Origin: a virus
Virus record (IMG/VR): IMGVR_UViG_3300032322_002195
Span: 32,001-96,000 of that record
Direction: 5' to 3' (one strand)
DNA: 64,000 bases
Below are positions 41,873-51,330 of this stretch, one piece after another (the first letter of the stretch is position 1; each line of letters starts with the position of its first letter). The translations under genes were made by a program, and so were the position numbers. The notes beneath the pieces are model-generated. The model ran no database searches. It was not told where the DNA came from and worked only from the letters and a program-made list of their open reading frames with translations.

Positions 41873-42325
41873 TTACAAAGTAAATACAGTTATTTTTGCC
41901 AATTTAACCATTAAATTTCCTTCATTGTCATTAGCCAAATCAACCTCAACAGCATCGTCAATAGTTATAATTCCACGTCCATTTTCTAACTCCAATTCTA
42001 CATTATCCCAATTAACATTTAATTTTATTATTTCACTATTGGTGTCTTCATTGGTCACAAAAAAACTAATCTCAGTCTCTAATTCTTCAGGTCCTTCAAC
42101 ACTGTATAGTGATATATCTTTGATTCCCCAGCTTCTTCCATCTATTTCTATATCATAAAATAAACGTATTTTAACAGGTTCAATGTAATCAATATCATTA
42201 CCCTTGTATTTCAAACCATAACTGTTAAAACTTACATTAACGTCTTTGTTATATTTGTTTGAAGTAGCCTCATTCAAACTTGATTTAATCATTTCTAATT
42301 GACCTTCTGTAATCTTTATTCTCAT
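41873..42325 (-). CDS. hypothetical protein, putative head-packaged
   Basis: MRIKITEGQLEMIKSSLNE N-terminus. Confidence 0.65.
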   Translation of the reverse strand: MRIKITEGQLEMIKSSLNEATSNKYNKDVNVSFNSYGLKYKGNDIDYIEPVKIRLFYDIEIDGRSWGIKDISLYSVEGPEELETEISFFVTNEDTNSEIIKLNVNWDNVELELENGRGIITIDDAVEVDLANDNEGNLMVKLAKITVFTL

Positions 42326-42379
42326 AACTTTTTATAAATAAATATCTTTATTTTTTTTAAAATTTTAGTATATTTGTAT

Positions 42380-42832
42380 ATGGCTAATCTTAATTTTAAA
42401 GATGATTTGATTCTTTCTCAAACTGGTGAAATAAAAACCATAAACTTTTTGGAACAAAAAGGATTAAAATACCTCTCATCAAACAACGATAATAAATATG
42501 ATTTGATGATGGGTAAAGATGAAAAAGTCTTTACATACGAAGTAAAAACTGATTTTAAATGTGCACCACTATTCGATACGGGAAATTTATTTGTTGAATT
42601 TGAATGCAGAAAACACCCTTCTGGAATATCTGTAACAAAATCAGATTGGTTTGTTACATATTTTATATACCTTGATGAATTATGGTTTATTAAAAGTGAA
42701 AACTTAAAAAAACTTATAAATGATAATGATTTTCAAATATTTATTGATGCTGGAGATATCAACAGCGAAACAAAAGGTTATCTGATAAACAGAAAGAAAT
42801 TCAAAAAACATTTTCATGTCTACAAAGTCTAA
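42380..42832 (+). CDS. PD-(D/E)XK nuclease-like protein
   Basis: YDL...YEVKTD...TGNLFVEF..PSGI. Confidence 0.65.
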   Translation: MANLNFKDDLILSQTGEIKTINFLEQKGLKYLSSNNDNKYDLMMGKDEKVFTYEVKTDFKCAPLFDTGNLFVEFECRKHPSGISVTKSDWFVTYFIYLDELWFIKSENLKKLINDNDFQIFIDAGDINSETKGYLINRKKFKKHFHVYKV

Positions 42833-43403
42833 CAAAAAACCAAAACTTTTAATTGAACTTATCCCAACAACCTGCCATTATAGTAATGTAAGAACAACCG
42901 TTAAAAAAAAAGAATGGGACAAAATAAGATTTATTTCCTATGAATCGGCCAATAATAAATGCGAAATATGTGGCGATATTGGCAAAAATCAAGGTTATAA
43001 CCACAACGTTGAATGTCATGAAATATGGGAATATGACGATGAAAATAAAATACAAAAACTGGTTGGCCTAATATCACTTTGCCCAACTTGCCACCAAGTT
43101 AAACACATAGGTCGAGCCATAGCAATAGGTAAACATAAACAAGCCTATGCTCAACTCATGAAAGTTAACAAATGGACCCAAAAACAAGTAGAAGAACATA
43201 TTTTAGAATCATTTGAAATCCATAAAGAAAGGTCAAAACATGAATGGGAACTAAACCTATCAATACTCACTGAAGAACCATACAATATAAAAATAAAAAA
43301 CTATACAACAAGAATATTTGAAGCGAAAAAAATTAAAAGAAAAAGAAAACGCTCAAAAACTATTCTAAAGAAAAAACCAAATAAAAGACCACCAAAAAAT
43401 TGA
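42816..43403 (+). CDS. HNH endonuclease-like protein
   Basis: CEICG...ECHEIW...LCPTCHQVKH. Confidence 0.8.
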   Translation: MSTKSNKKPKLLIELIPTTCHYSNVRTTVKKKEWDKIRFISYESANNKCEICGDIGKNQGYNHNVECHEIWEYDDENKIQKLVGLISLCPTCHQVKHIGRAIAIGKHKQAYAQLMKVNKWTQKQVEEHILESFEIHKERSKHEWELNLSILTEEPYNIKIKNYTTRIFEAKKIKRKRKRSKTILKKKPNKRPPKN

Positions 43404-43408
43404 TGCTT

Positions 43409-44131
43409 TTAATGGTAATTAATTATAAACCATTCACCTTCATACGTCTCAACCAAAGCCGTCTTTGATTCAACCCAATCACCAGAATTCATATAATTGA
43501 TACCATCTATAACACTAATCTCAGCTTTATGAATATGACCACATATAACACCGTCATAACCATTTTGTTTTGCATATGTAACCATATGGTTTTCAAAATC
43601 CCCAACATACTTTGTAGCTTGTTTAACACTATCCTTTATAACCTTAGATAAAGAAAAATACTCCATCCCAACAAACTCACGATATTTGTTATACCACTTG
43701 TTTAACCATAAACATAAATCATAACCAATGCTACCTATCTTAGCCAACCATTTCATGTCATTTATAAAAACATCAAAAATATCACCATGTATAACCAAAT
43801 AACGCTTGCCATCAATACCAATATGCTCCATATCCCTTTTTATAAAAACATTGCCAATGTTAAAAGGAATAAAATTAGCTAAAAAATCATCATGATTACC
43901 CATCACCCAAATAACATCATTCTCTTGAGCAATTTCTAATATCTTTCTAATACATTTCATGTGATTCTCATCCCATTTAGAACCCCTATTTAAAGCCCAA
44001 CCATCAATAATATCACCATTTAATATTAATTTCTCACACTTGTTATCCCTTAAAAAATTAACCACATCATTAGCCCTAGAATATTGAGACCCTAAATGTA
44101 TGTCTGATAAAATAATTGTTTTGTAATTCAT
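43409..44131 (-). CDS. UDP-2,3-diacylglucosamine hydrolase-like metallophosphoesterase
   Basis: SDIHLG, GDIIDGW, GNHD, HGD, CGHIH and NSGDWVES motifs. Confidence 0.85.
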   Translation of the reverse strand: MNYKTIILSDIHLGSQYSRANDVVNFLRDNKCEKLILNGDIIDGWALNRGSKWDENHMKCIRKILEIAQENDVIWVMGNHDDFLANFIPFNIGNVFIKRDMEHIGIDGKRYLVIHGDIFDVFINDMKWLAKIGSIGYDLCLWLNKWYNKYREFVGMEYFSLSKVIKDSVKQATKYVGDFENHMVTYAKQNGYDGVICGHIHKAEISVIDGINYMNSGDWVESKTALVETYEGEWFIINYH

Positions 44132-44820
44132 GACCAATAACCTATGTCTTTTTTAAAATATTCCTTATTATTTTTATTTAATAAATTTTTGATAAAATAA
44201 ATTATAAAATTAGCAAACCCAAATTTTTTAAACCTCCTGTCATCAAAATAAACACTTTTTTTAACTACATAAAATTTATTTGGATTTACCTCTCTACTTA
44301 AAAAATAATCCTCACAATGCATCAATTCAACATCAAAACCACCTATTGACCAAAAAACATCCTTTTTAATCATAAAAAATCCACCAACAACAAATGGTTT
44401 GTCTAATTTAGAACACATCACTATTAAATTAGTAATATAATACGCTAACTTTACCCTTAAATTACTTCTGCTATCCAATAAAACCCCAACCAAATCATTC
44501 CCACCAATAATAGATTTAATACACTCAAAAATAATAAACTTATCATCAAAATAACAATCCGCATCCAAAAAAAGAAAAATATCACCAGACGCAACCCTAG
44601 CACCATTGTTCCTACCAAAACTAGGTAAACCTCCCTCAATAACTTTTATAGGTAAAACATCCCTATATTTATCAATTACCAATAAAGTCTTATCACTAGA
44701 ATTAGCATCGGCAATAATAATCTCATACTCTATAGGCATCTCTTGAACCAAAATAGAATCCAATAATTTACCAATATACCGCTCCTCATTTTTACAAGGT
44801 ATTATAATAGATAACTCCAT
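44128..44820 (-). CDS. glycosyltransferase family 2
   Basis: LSIIIPCKNEE, GRNNGA, FLDAD and GGFD..HCED motifs. Confidence 0.9.
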   Translation of the reverse strand: MELSIIIPCKNEERYIGKLLDSILVQEMPIEYEIIIADANSSDKTLLVIDKYRDVLPIKVIEGGLPSFGRNNGARVASGDIFLFLDADCYFDDKFIIFECIKSIIGGNDLVGVLLDSRSNLRVKLAYYITNLIVMCSKLDKPFVVGGFFMIKKDVFWSIGGFDVELMHCEDYFLSREVNPNKFYVVKKSVYFDDRRFKKFGFANFIIYFIKNLLNKNNKEYFKKDIGYWS

Positions 44821-44925
44821 AACAATAAATACAAGTTACATCATATAACTGTGTTAAGAAATTAATATCTTTAAAACTTAGCACAATTCGTTTTTTAAAA
44901 TATTTATAAATAAATCCATACCCAA

Positions 44926-45786
44926 ATGAAATTTTTTAGACTAGAAAAAACATTATTGTTTGAAAACAAACCAATCAATCGCCCAATACAACAATTGGAC
45001 GAAATAGATGCATTGGCCTCAACAATAGACGATAATATCTCCAAAGAAGCAAATATACCAAAAGATGTTTTAAATAGTTTTAAAATAAAAGATAATTTAA
45101 ATCAAGATATTTGGTCAGAAGATAAACTGAACCCAAAAATTAAAAAAAAATTAATCAATATAGCCAAAGATTTCTTGAAAGATATAGAACTACCAAAAGG
45201 TATCAAAATAAATGATATTATCTTTACTGGTAGCCTAGCAAATTATAATTGGTCAAAATTTTCAGATATAGATTTACATATTGTAATAGACTTTAAACAA
45301 TTTGAAGCTGATGAAAAAATGGTGGAAGATTATTTCTACGCCCAAAAATCAATCTGGAACCAAGAACATGATATAACCGTATTTGATTACCCAGTAGAAC
45401 TATATGTACAAGATGTAAATCATGAACTAGTAGCCAACGCTGTTTATTCAGTTCTTCGTGATAAATGGTTAAAAAAACCAAAACGTGAAGAATTTGACGT
45501 AGATAGAAAAGCAATCAAAGATAGCGCTGAAAAATATATTCATTACCTTAAAGATATTCGCCAAGACTATAAAGATAAACATTACCAAAAAGTCATTGAT
45601 AAAGTAACCAAGCTAAAAAATAAAATAAAAAATATGAGAAAAGCTGGTTTGGAAAGCGGAGGCGAATATAGCCACGAAAATTTGGTTTTTAAAGTACTTA
45701 GACGAACACAATTTATGGATATATTAGATAGCTTCAAATCAAAAGCATATGATAATCTCATGTCTATATCAGAACCTATGAAATAA
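44926..45786 (+). CDS. nucleotidyltransferase (Pol-beta superfamily)
   Basis: FTGSLANYNWSKFSDIDLHI (GS...DxD) and PVELYVQD. Confidence 0.75.
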   Translation: MKFFRLEKTLLFENKPINRPIQQLDEIDALASTIDDNISKEANIPKDVLNSFKIKDNLNQDIWSEDKLNPKIKKKLINIAKDFLKDIELPKGIKINDIIFTGSLANYNWSKFSDIDLHIVIDFKQFEADEKMVEDYFYAQKSIWNQEHDITVFDYPVELYVQDVNHELVANAVYSVLRDKWLKKPKREEFDVDRKAIKDSAEKYIHYLKDIRQDYKDKHYQKVIDKVTKLKNKIKNMRKAGLESGGEYSHENLVFKVLRRTQFMDILDSFKSKAYDNLMSISEPMK

Positions 45787-45798
45787 ATCTTATATAAT

Positions 45799-46560
45799 AT
45801 GAAAGATTTTATCAGAAAAAAACTTCACGAAGCAATAAAATATTTGCCATATAGTGACAAAGAAGAATTAAAAGCAGGTGGCCCTTACTCAAGCCTTAGT
45901 AACCCGTCCTATAAACTAGACATAAATAAAATTAGATATAGAATGGCAAAAGCCGCTAGCATCGCCAATGAATATAAACAAAAAACTGGTGATGATAAAT
46001 ACTTCATGCTCCCAGATGATGGTGAAGGCTTCTATCAAGTAGAATTTAAACATGATGGTCAAATAAAAACAAAACATATCAGAGCCAGTGCCGATATGCA
46101 ACAAATTGACCAACCATTCAGACCCACCGATGTAGGAACCTGTAATTCATTTCAAAATATCGCTAGATACTGTTTCGTAAAAGCTGGTAAAAAATTGCCA
46201 GATGGTAAATTTAGCGCTGGCGCTAGCCCAGCTGAAGATGCCGCTAATAAAGCCCTGCTAATATTTAAACACGAAATCCTAGATTTCTACAGTGACGCTG
46301 GTTATGGTGATGAAAAATCAGCCCAAATATCCAAAGAAAAAATGACCGACAAACAAGCACAACATAAACTTAAAAAAGACCTAGAAACCAAAATAGGTAG
46401 AAGACTTAGAGATGTTGAATGGTTCAAATACCTACAAACTGGTGAAGAACCAAAACAAAAACAAACCCTGTCAATAGACCAAGAAAAAGCTGACGAATTT
46501 GAAAAAAGACAACAAGCAGCAATGAATAGAAGAGCAACCGCACTGGCAAGATTAAAATAA
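45799..46560 (+). CDS. hypothetical protein, putative head-packaged
   Basis: MKDFIRKKLHE N-terminus. Confidence 0.65.
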   Translation: MKDFIRKKLHEAIKYLPYSDKEELKAGGPYSSLSNPSYKLDINKIRYRMAKAASIANEYKQKTGDDKYFMLPDDGEGFYQVEFKHDGQIKTKHIRASADMQQIDQPFRPTDVGTCNSFQNIARYCFVKAGKKLPDGKFSAGASPAEDAANKALLIFKHEILDFYSDAGYGDEKSAQISKEKMTDKQAQHKLKKDLETKIGRRLRDVEWFKYLQTGEEPKQKQTLSIDQEKADEFEKRQQAAMNRRATALARLK

Positions 46561-47928
46561 ACCTATATCCACACCCAATTCATTAACCTCCATATGTACC
46601 TTGTTGTAATTACCCACATACCCTTTTTCCTCAGCTTCAACCAAACCCATTTCTTCGCTAACCATAAAATCAATTAACTTTTTGTTAACCAATTTAACCA
46701 ACTCTTCAGGTGCGTTAATATTGTATTTGCCCTTAAACTGAACATTTTTTAATATCTTCTTCTCAACATTTCTATACTGAGGAATCTGTCCATCAATACT
46801 CTCTTTAATTTTAAATGACTCAGTAACATGTGAAAGCTCCAATGTATAACCATCAACATGATATATCGCACAAGCCCCTCTATCAACTTTATTCATATAT
46901 GTGCCAACACAATGATTCTGAACCATACCCTCAGCCAACATGTCTTTGTTGGTCGATAATAACTTGAATCCAGAAAAATTGGCAAATGCTTTGAATATTG
47001 GCCGTACATTTAATTCAACCTCCAACTCACTTTCTAACAAAATGTTGGTTATCTCTCTGGCCCAAATATCATGCTCAGTCTTTAATCTATTTAAACTCCA
47101 CCTACAATTTACCCTCCTACCAAGTATCCTAGCCATTCTACATGTGTCATAAAAATATTCCGAATTCAACATTTCCTCAGTCAAATGCTCAACCCCATCC
47201 AATATCTTCATAAAACCCCTCCAAATAACAATACCTTTTTTACCACCTGTAACAATTTGACCAAATCTTTTACTACTTAAAATAATCTCACCCAATTTGT
47301 GATGAACTCCAAGCACTGCCAAACTCATATCTTTTAACTTGAATATCTCATCCTTGACAATTTTGTTGAATGTCAACCTATAAGAAACTTTGCTCTCATA
47401 AACTGTCTTGAACCAATGAAAACGTTTTTTAAAATATTGAAAAATTTTAGAACCTAAAATCCTTTCACTGGTCTTATTAACATAAACTGATATATTCTCA
47501 CAATCACCTATGAAACCTCTTAAAAGTTCAAACGTTAATGGTTGAATTTTTTTATTATTGGTATACCAAAATTTTTCCTTTCGATATATAACACTAGATA
47601 TCTTTTTTTGAGAACTGTAAATTTTATTGGTCGTGCTTATACCAAAATAATTTATAAAATGACTAATTTCAAATTCACCATTCTCAAATTCAAATAAAAC
47701 AACTCTGTTAAATGAAAAATTATTTTTTCCCTTGTTAAAAAATTTAACCCTAGCTCTAAAAGGAGACTCCTTGTAAACCCTAAACAATTCGGAAACATTT
47801 GTCTTGTCAGACTCGTAAATTAATGTGTATGTTGGCTTAACCAAAACCCTATCCTTCTTGCACCTTTTCTTTATAGGTTTATCTTTTATCTCAGTTATAA
47901 CCCTAGGCTCATTAAAAAGTTTTATCAT
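46552..47928 (-). CDS. PcfJ-like domain protein
   Basis: LAEGMVQNHCVGTY...AIYH...TLEL...QFKGKYN. Confidence 0.75.
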   Translation of the reverse strand: MIKLFNEPRVITEIKDKPIKKRCKKDRVLVKPTYTLIYESDKTNVSELFRVYKESPFRARVKFFNKGKNNFSFNRVVLFEFENGEFEISHFINYFGISTTNKIYSSQKKISSVIYRKEKFWYTNNKKIQPLTFELLRGFIGDCENISVYVNKTSERILGSKIFQYFKKRFHWFKTVYESKVSYRLTFNKIVKDEIFKLKDMSLAVLGVHHKLGEIILSSKRFGQIVTGGKKGIVIWRGFMKILDGVEHLTEEMLNSEYFYDTCRMARILGRRVNCRWSLNRLKTEHDIWAREITNILLESELEVELNVRPIFKAFANFSGFKLLSTNKDMLAEGMVQNHCVGTYMNKVDRGACAIYHVDGYTLELSHVTESFKIKESIDGQIPQYRNVEKKILKNVQFKGKYNINAPEELVKLVNKKLIDFMVSEEMGLVEAEEKGYVGNYNKVHMEVNELGVDIGLF

Positions 47929-47973
47929 AAAATTTTATTTATCTACAAAGGTATACAAAAGATTTAAATTTAC

Positions 47974-48154
47974 AAAATTTTCCCAAAAAAAAATTTTTTC
48001 AAAAAAGGGTATCCTTATTCTTAACTTAAAATTTCCCCAAAAAATTTTTTTCAAAAAAGGGGTGACCATATTTTTAAGTCAAAATTTCCAGAAAAAAATT
48101 TTTTTTAAAAAAGGGGTATCCTTATTCTTAACTTAAAATTTCCAGAAAAATTTT
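47974..48154. repeat. about 3.4 tandem copies of a ~54-bp A/T-tract unit
   Basis: aaaattt(t)cc..aaaaattttttt.aaaaaaggg(g)t.. units starting at about 47974, 48028, 48081 and 48135. Confidence 0.85.
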
Positions 48155-48167
48155 AAACGGATAATCG

Positions 48168-48256
48168 TACCCCCTTTATAGGGGGGTCAAAAAACCCTAC
48201 GGGAGGGGGGTAACGGGGGAGGGGGTACGGAGGGGGTCCTATACGGGGGGAGGGGT
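48168..48256 (+). repeat. G-tract cluster (G-quadruplex-prone)
   Basis: Repeated acggg(gg)agggggt units in an otherwise AT-rich genome. Confidence 0.75.
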
Positions 48257-48467
48257 TAGATTGTTATGATGGTGCAAAGGTAGTAAAAATATCCATATAA
48301 ACAAACTTTTTTGAAAATATTTTTATCTTTGTTAAACAATGTATTTTAAAGCGTTTTAAGCGTGTTTCATATTGTTTTGGGGTATTGATATAGGTGAGGG
48401 GTTAAAAGTTGCTATAAAGCAAAAAAACCGCCTTTTTGGGGCGGTTTCTTTGTTTGGTTTGGTTTGC

Positions 48468-49352
48468 TTAGTTTAATTCGGCATAAACCAATTGGTGGGC
48501 TGTTTCGTTCATTTTTGCAGCACTTGCAAAAAGAATTGTTTCTTGGTCACCTTCTGCGAGGTTGTGAGTAGTGTACCTTGTAACACCTTGCAATAGGCTG
48601 AAAAGGTTTGCGCCTGTATTTTGCATTTCAATTGCTACTGATTGATTGATAGCATCCAAAATGTTACGTTTGCGGGTATTAAGGTCGTTGTATTCTTTAA
48701 CATCATAGCCTGTCAAAGCAGTCAAAAAGGTATCAATATCTTTTTGTTTTACTGATTTCAAAACTGATTGGTTAAGTAGTTCCACATGGTTTCTAGTCAT
48801 TTCGGCAGCTTTCAAAATTTCATTGGTGAAATAAGATACTTTGATAACATTGCCTTTGGTATTTTTCATAGAAAGGTCAACGTCTTTTTGCCAATTTTTA
48901 GCACCATTTGCACACCACAAGCGAAGGGAATAGAAACCGAGGGAAATTTTTGTTTTTCCATCAAAACCTGTTCTGAATTCCAAAGCCGTTTCCAAGGCAT
49001 CGCCTACCATTGGGGTTTTAAGTTCGTATTTTTTGAAAGGGATACGGAAAGCTACTTTTGAACCGCCACGATATTCTGTATAGGTCAATTTTGAAAGGTC
49101 AAGATTAAGATTAGACTGCAATACAGAGTGCTGAATTGAATCCAAAAACAAGTGTAAATCCATTGGTTCAAAATCTTTACCAACAACACCCAAGGCATTG
49201 CCTCCGTTTGATTTATAGATACCATAGGCATCGGGTGAATTGTAACCATCAATACCTGAATGCAATTGGATTTTTTTGGCTACCAATACTTGGCTTTTAA
49301 GGTTTTCAAATGAATTCATTTGGTTTTCGATTGTTGAAAGGATGTTTTCCAT
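48468..49352 (-). CDS. DUF932-family protein
   Basis: LGVVGKDFEP, TGFDGK, LRLWCANG and NLFSLLQGVTRYTTH motifs. Confidence 0.75.
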   Translation of the reverse strand: MENILSTIENQMNSFENLKSQVLVAKKIQLHSGIDGYNSPDAYGIYKSNGGNALGVVGKDFEPMDLHLFLDSIQHSVLQSNLNLDLSKLTYTEYRGGSKVAFRIPFKKYELKTPMVGDALETALEFRTGFDGKTKISLGFYSLRLWCANGAKNWQKDVDLSMKNTKGNVIKVSYFTNEILKAAEMTRNHVELLNQSVLKSVKQKDIDTFLTALTGYDVKEYNDLNTRKRNILDAINQSVAIEMQNTGANLFSLLQGVTRYTTHNLAEGDQETILFASAAKMNETAHQLVYAELN

Positions 49353-49701
49353 TTTTTAAATATTTAATTGATTAATGATGGGGCAAAGGTAGTAAAAAAA
49401 TTGAAACTACCAAATTTTATTTTAATTAATTTGAAAAAGTTTATTAACAATTAGGTTGTTAATAACTTTATTTGGTAGATTGAAAAATTTTTATTATATT
49501 ACGCACGTGTGTATGTGTATAAAAAAATATAAGGCAGGTTGGAGTATACTCTTCCGTTGTTTTTTGAACCCCAGCCCGTTGTTTTTGAATTATCAACGGG
49601 ACAAAGATAGGGAATAAATTTGTAACTACCAAATTTATTTTAATTTATTTATAAAAAAAAAGCACCCTATTAATAGAGTGCTTTTTTGTGGTGTGTTTAT
49701 G

Positions 49702-50220
49702 TTATTCAGCGAACATAATTTTCGCACCGCATTTGATTTCTTTGATACCTGACAATTTGACAGTTCTCACAATAATATCATTTTCAAGTTCTTGGTTTGT
49801 TGCTTTGCTTGGTGCTGGTTTAAATTTCTTTATAGTGGAAATTTGCTCGTCTGTTGCTTCAATACCATCTACGAAGTATTTTAGCGTTTTAGCGTTATTA
49901 CAAGCGAAAAACAAATATAAAGCGGTTGTATCTTTTTTATTGCAAACGATTGAGCCGTTAAAGCCATCATTCACTTTCTGAAACCAATTTTCTTTGGCTT
50001 CAAAATCTGCTTCTTTACCTTCTTTCTCTCTGCGATTGTTTACCATATTGGTATAATTCGCATTAAGGAGCATATTGTAATTAACCATTTTGGTAATTTT
50101 GGCAGTTGCCAATGGATTGCCCCTTTTCAGTTGCTTTTCTTCTACGATTGCGGTCATTTGTGCGAAAGTAGCAGAACCGCCATCATTGATAAGGGTTTCG
50201 ATAATTGATTGTTTGTTCAT
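49702..50220 (-). CDS. hypothetical protein
   Basis: 172-aa ORF with its own promoter and terminator. Confidence 0.75.
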   Translation of the reverse strand: MNKQSIIETLINDGGSATFAQMTAIVEEKQLKRGNPLATAKITKMVNYNMLLNANYTNMVNNRREKEGKEADFEAKENWFQKVNDGFNGSIVCNKKDTTALYLFFACNNAKTLKYFVDGIEATDEQISTIKKFKPAPSKATNQELENDIIVRTVKLSGIKEIKCGAKIMFAE

Positions 50221-50526
50221 ACGTTTGTTTGTTTAATTGTTTAACGATGATGCAAATAAAGGAATTATTTTTGACATTACCAAATTTAAATGAATTTATT
50301 TTAAGTTAGTTTATCAACATTTTTTTGTTGATAACTTAATTTGGTAGTATGGAATTTTTTTTGTACTTTTGCAAACTTTTTTCGGATATGTATAAAAAAA
50401 ATATAAGGTAGGTCGGAGTATACCTTCCGTTACCTTGTGAGCAACGTCCCGTCTGATTGACACTGCAAATATAAAAAAAAGGTTTGAGATTACCAAACCT
50501 TTTTGAAAATAAATTTGTTAAATTTT

Positions 50527-50766
50527 TTACCACCTATCATACCACTTTGAAGCATAGTAGTTTCTTGCTTTTTTATGGCTTTGTTTTTTAGGTTTCACAT
50601 AGTAGGGTGTTTTGCTTGCTTTCTGTCCCCAAACTACTTCCGTTCCTCTTGATATGGGTGTTGGCGCACCTTTACCCATAGAAACTGAATAGCAAGGTGA
50701 TGTAGTGCTGCAAGAGCTAATAAAGAGGGTAAGAGCTGCGAGGGTTGATAATACGATTGTTTTCAT
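50527..50766 (-). CDS. small putative lipoprotein
   Basis: MKTIVLSTLAALTLFISS-C. Confidence 0.6.
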   Translation of the reverse strand: MKTIVLSTLAALTLFISSCSTTSPCYSVSMGKGAPTPISRGTEVVWGQKASKTPYYVKPKKQSHKKARNYYASKWYDRW

Positions 50767-50859
50767 GTTTGTTTGTTTTAGTGATGCAAAGATAGACAAG
50801 TTTTTGATATTTCCAAATTTTAAATGAATTTATTTTATAAAAAAATTTTTGGTAGAAAA

Positions 50860-50891
50860 TTTGGTAGATTGAAAAAAAGTTTGTATATTTG
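50860..50891 (+). promoter_or_regulatory. Bacteroidota-type promoter driving the ncRNA cluster
   Basis: tttg-gtagattgaaaaaaagtttg-tatatttg. Confidence 0.8.
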
Positions 50892-50966
50892 CAGTGTTGT
50901 AAATGGTTCACAAGGTGTCTGAAAGTGGACTAACCAAATACGCAGGTCAATCGACATTTACAACAT

Positions 50967-51066
50967 AGTCAGAGAAGCATGATTAGGTTATATGCCCTAC
51001 TTGGGTTGAAGTAGTTACTTCGTAATTCCGCATGGGTGATAGCAGGTTCGAATCCTGTCCTGACTA
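50967..51066 (+). ncRNA. tRNA-like RNA with atypical interior
   Basis: Acceptor AGTCAGA/CCTGACT and T arm GCAGG-TTCGAAT-CCTGT; no recognisable D or anticodon arm. Confidence 0.6.
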
Positions 51067-51152
51067 CTAATTAGACCAACCTCCTTCCCATTAGAACAGG
51101 ACGCTCAGGATTTAAGTAGGGTTTGATTCCCCTTAATTAATTGGTCAATTTT

Positions 51153-51231
51153 GGTTAAATGGCGTAGCTGGATAGCGCAAGGATAGTGGCAGACCCCACC
51201 CTTTACACAGGTTCGAATCCTGTTTTAACCA
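51153..51231 (+). ncRNA. tRNA-like RNA with aberrant anticodon arm
   Basis: Acceptor GGTTAAA/TTTAACC, D arm GCG..GG..CGC, T arm ACAGG-TTCGAAT-CCTGT; bulged anticodon stem with a 6-nt loop. Confidence 0.65.
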
Positions 51232-51330
51232 CGAATGCAGTTCAAATCTGCTCGTTGACTGAGGTTATGGTAAGTAGACTATTGAGGTACGCACTCAACT
51301 TAGAAATAAGGTAGAATGAAGTGAACAGTC

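Noticed and set aside
47825-48136. 103-aa ORF with repeated KKIFFKKG
   Set aside because: A translation artefact of the tandem DNA repeat.
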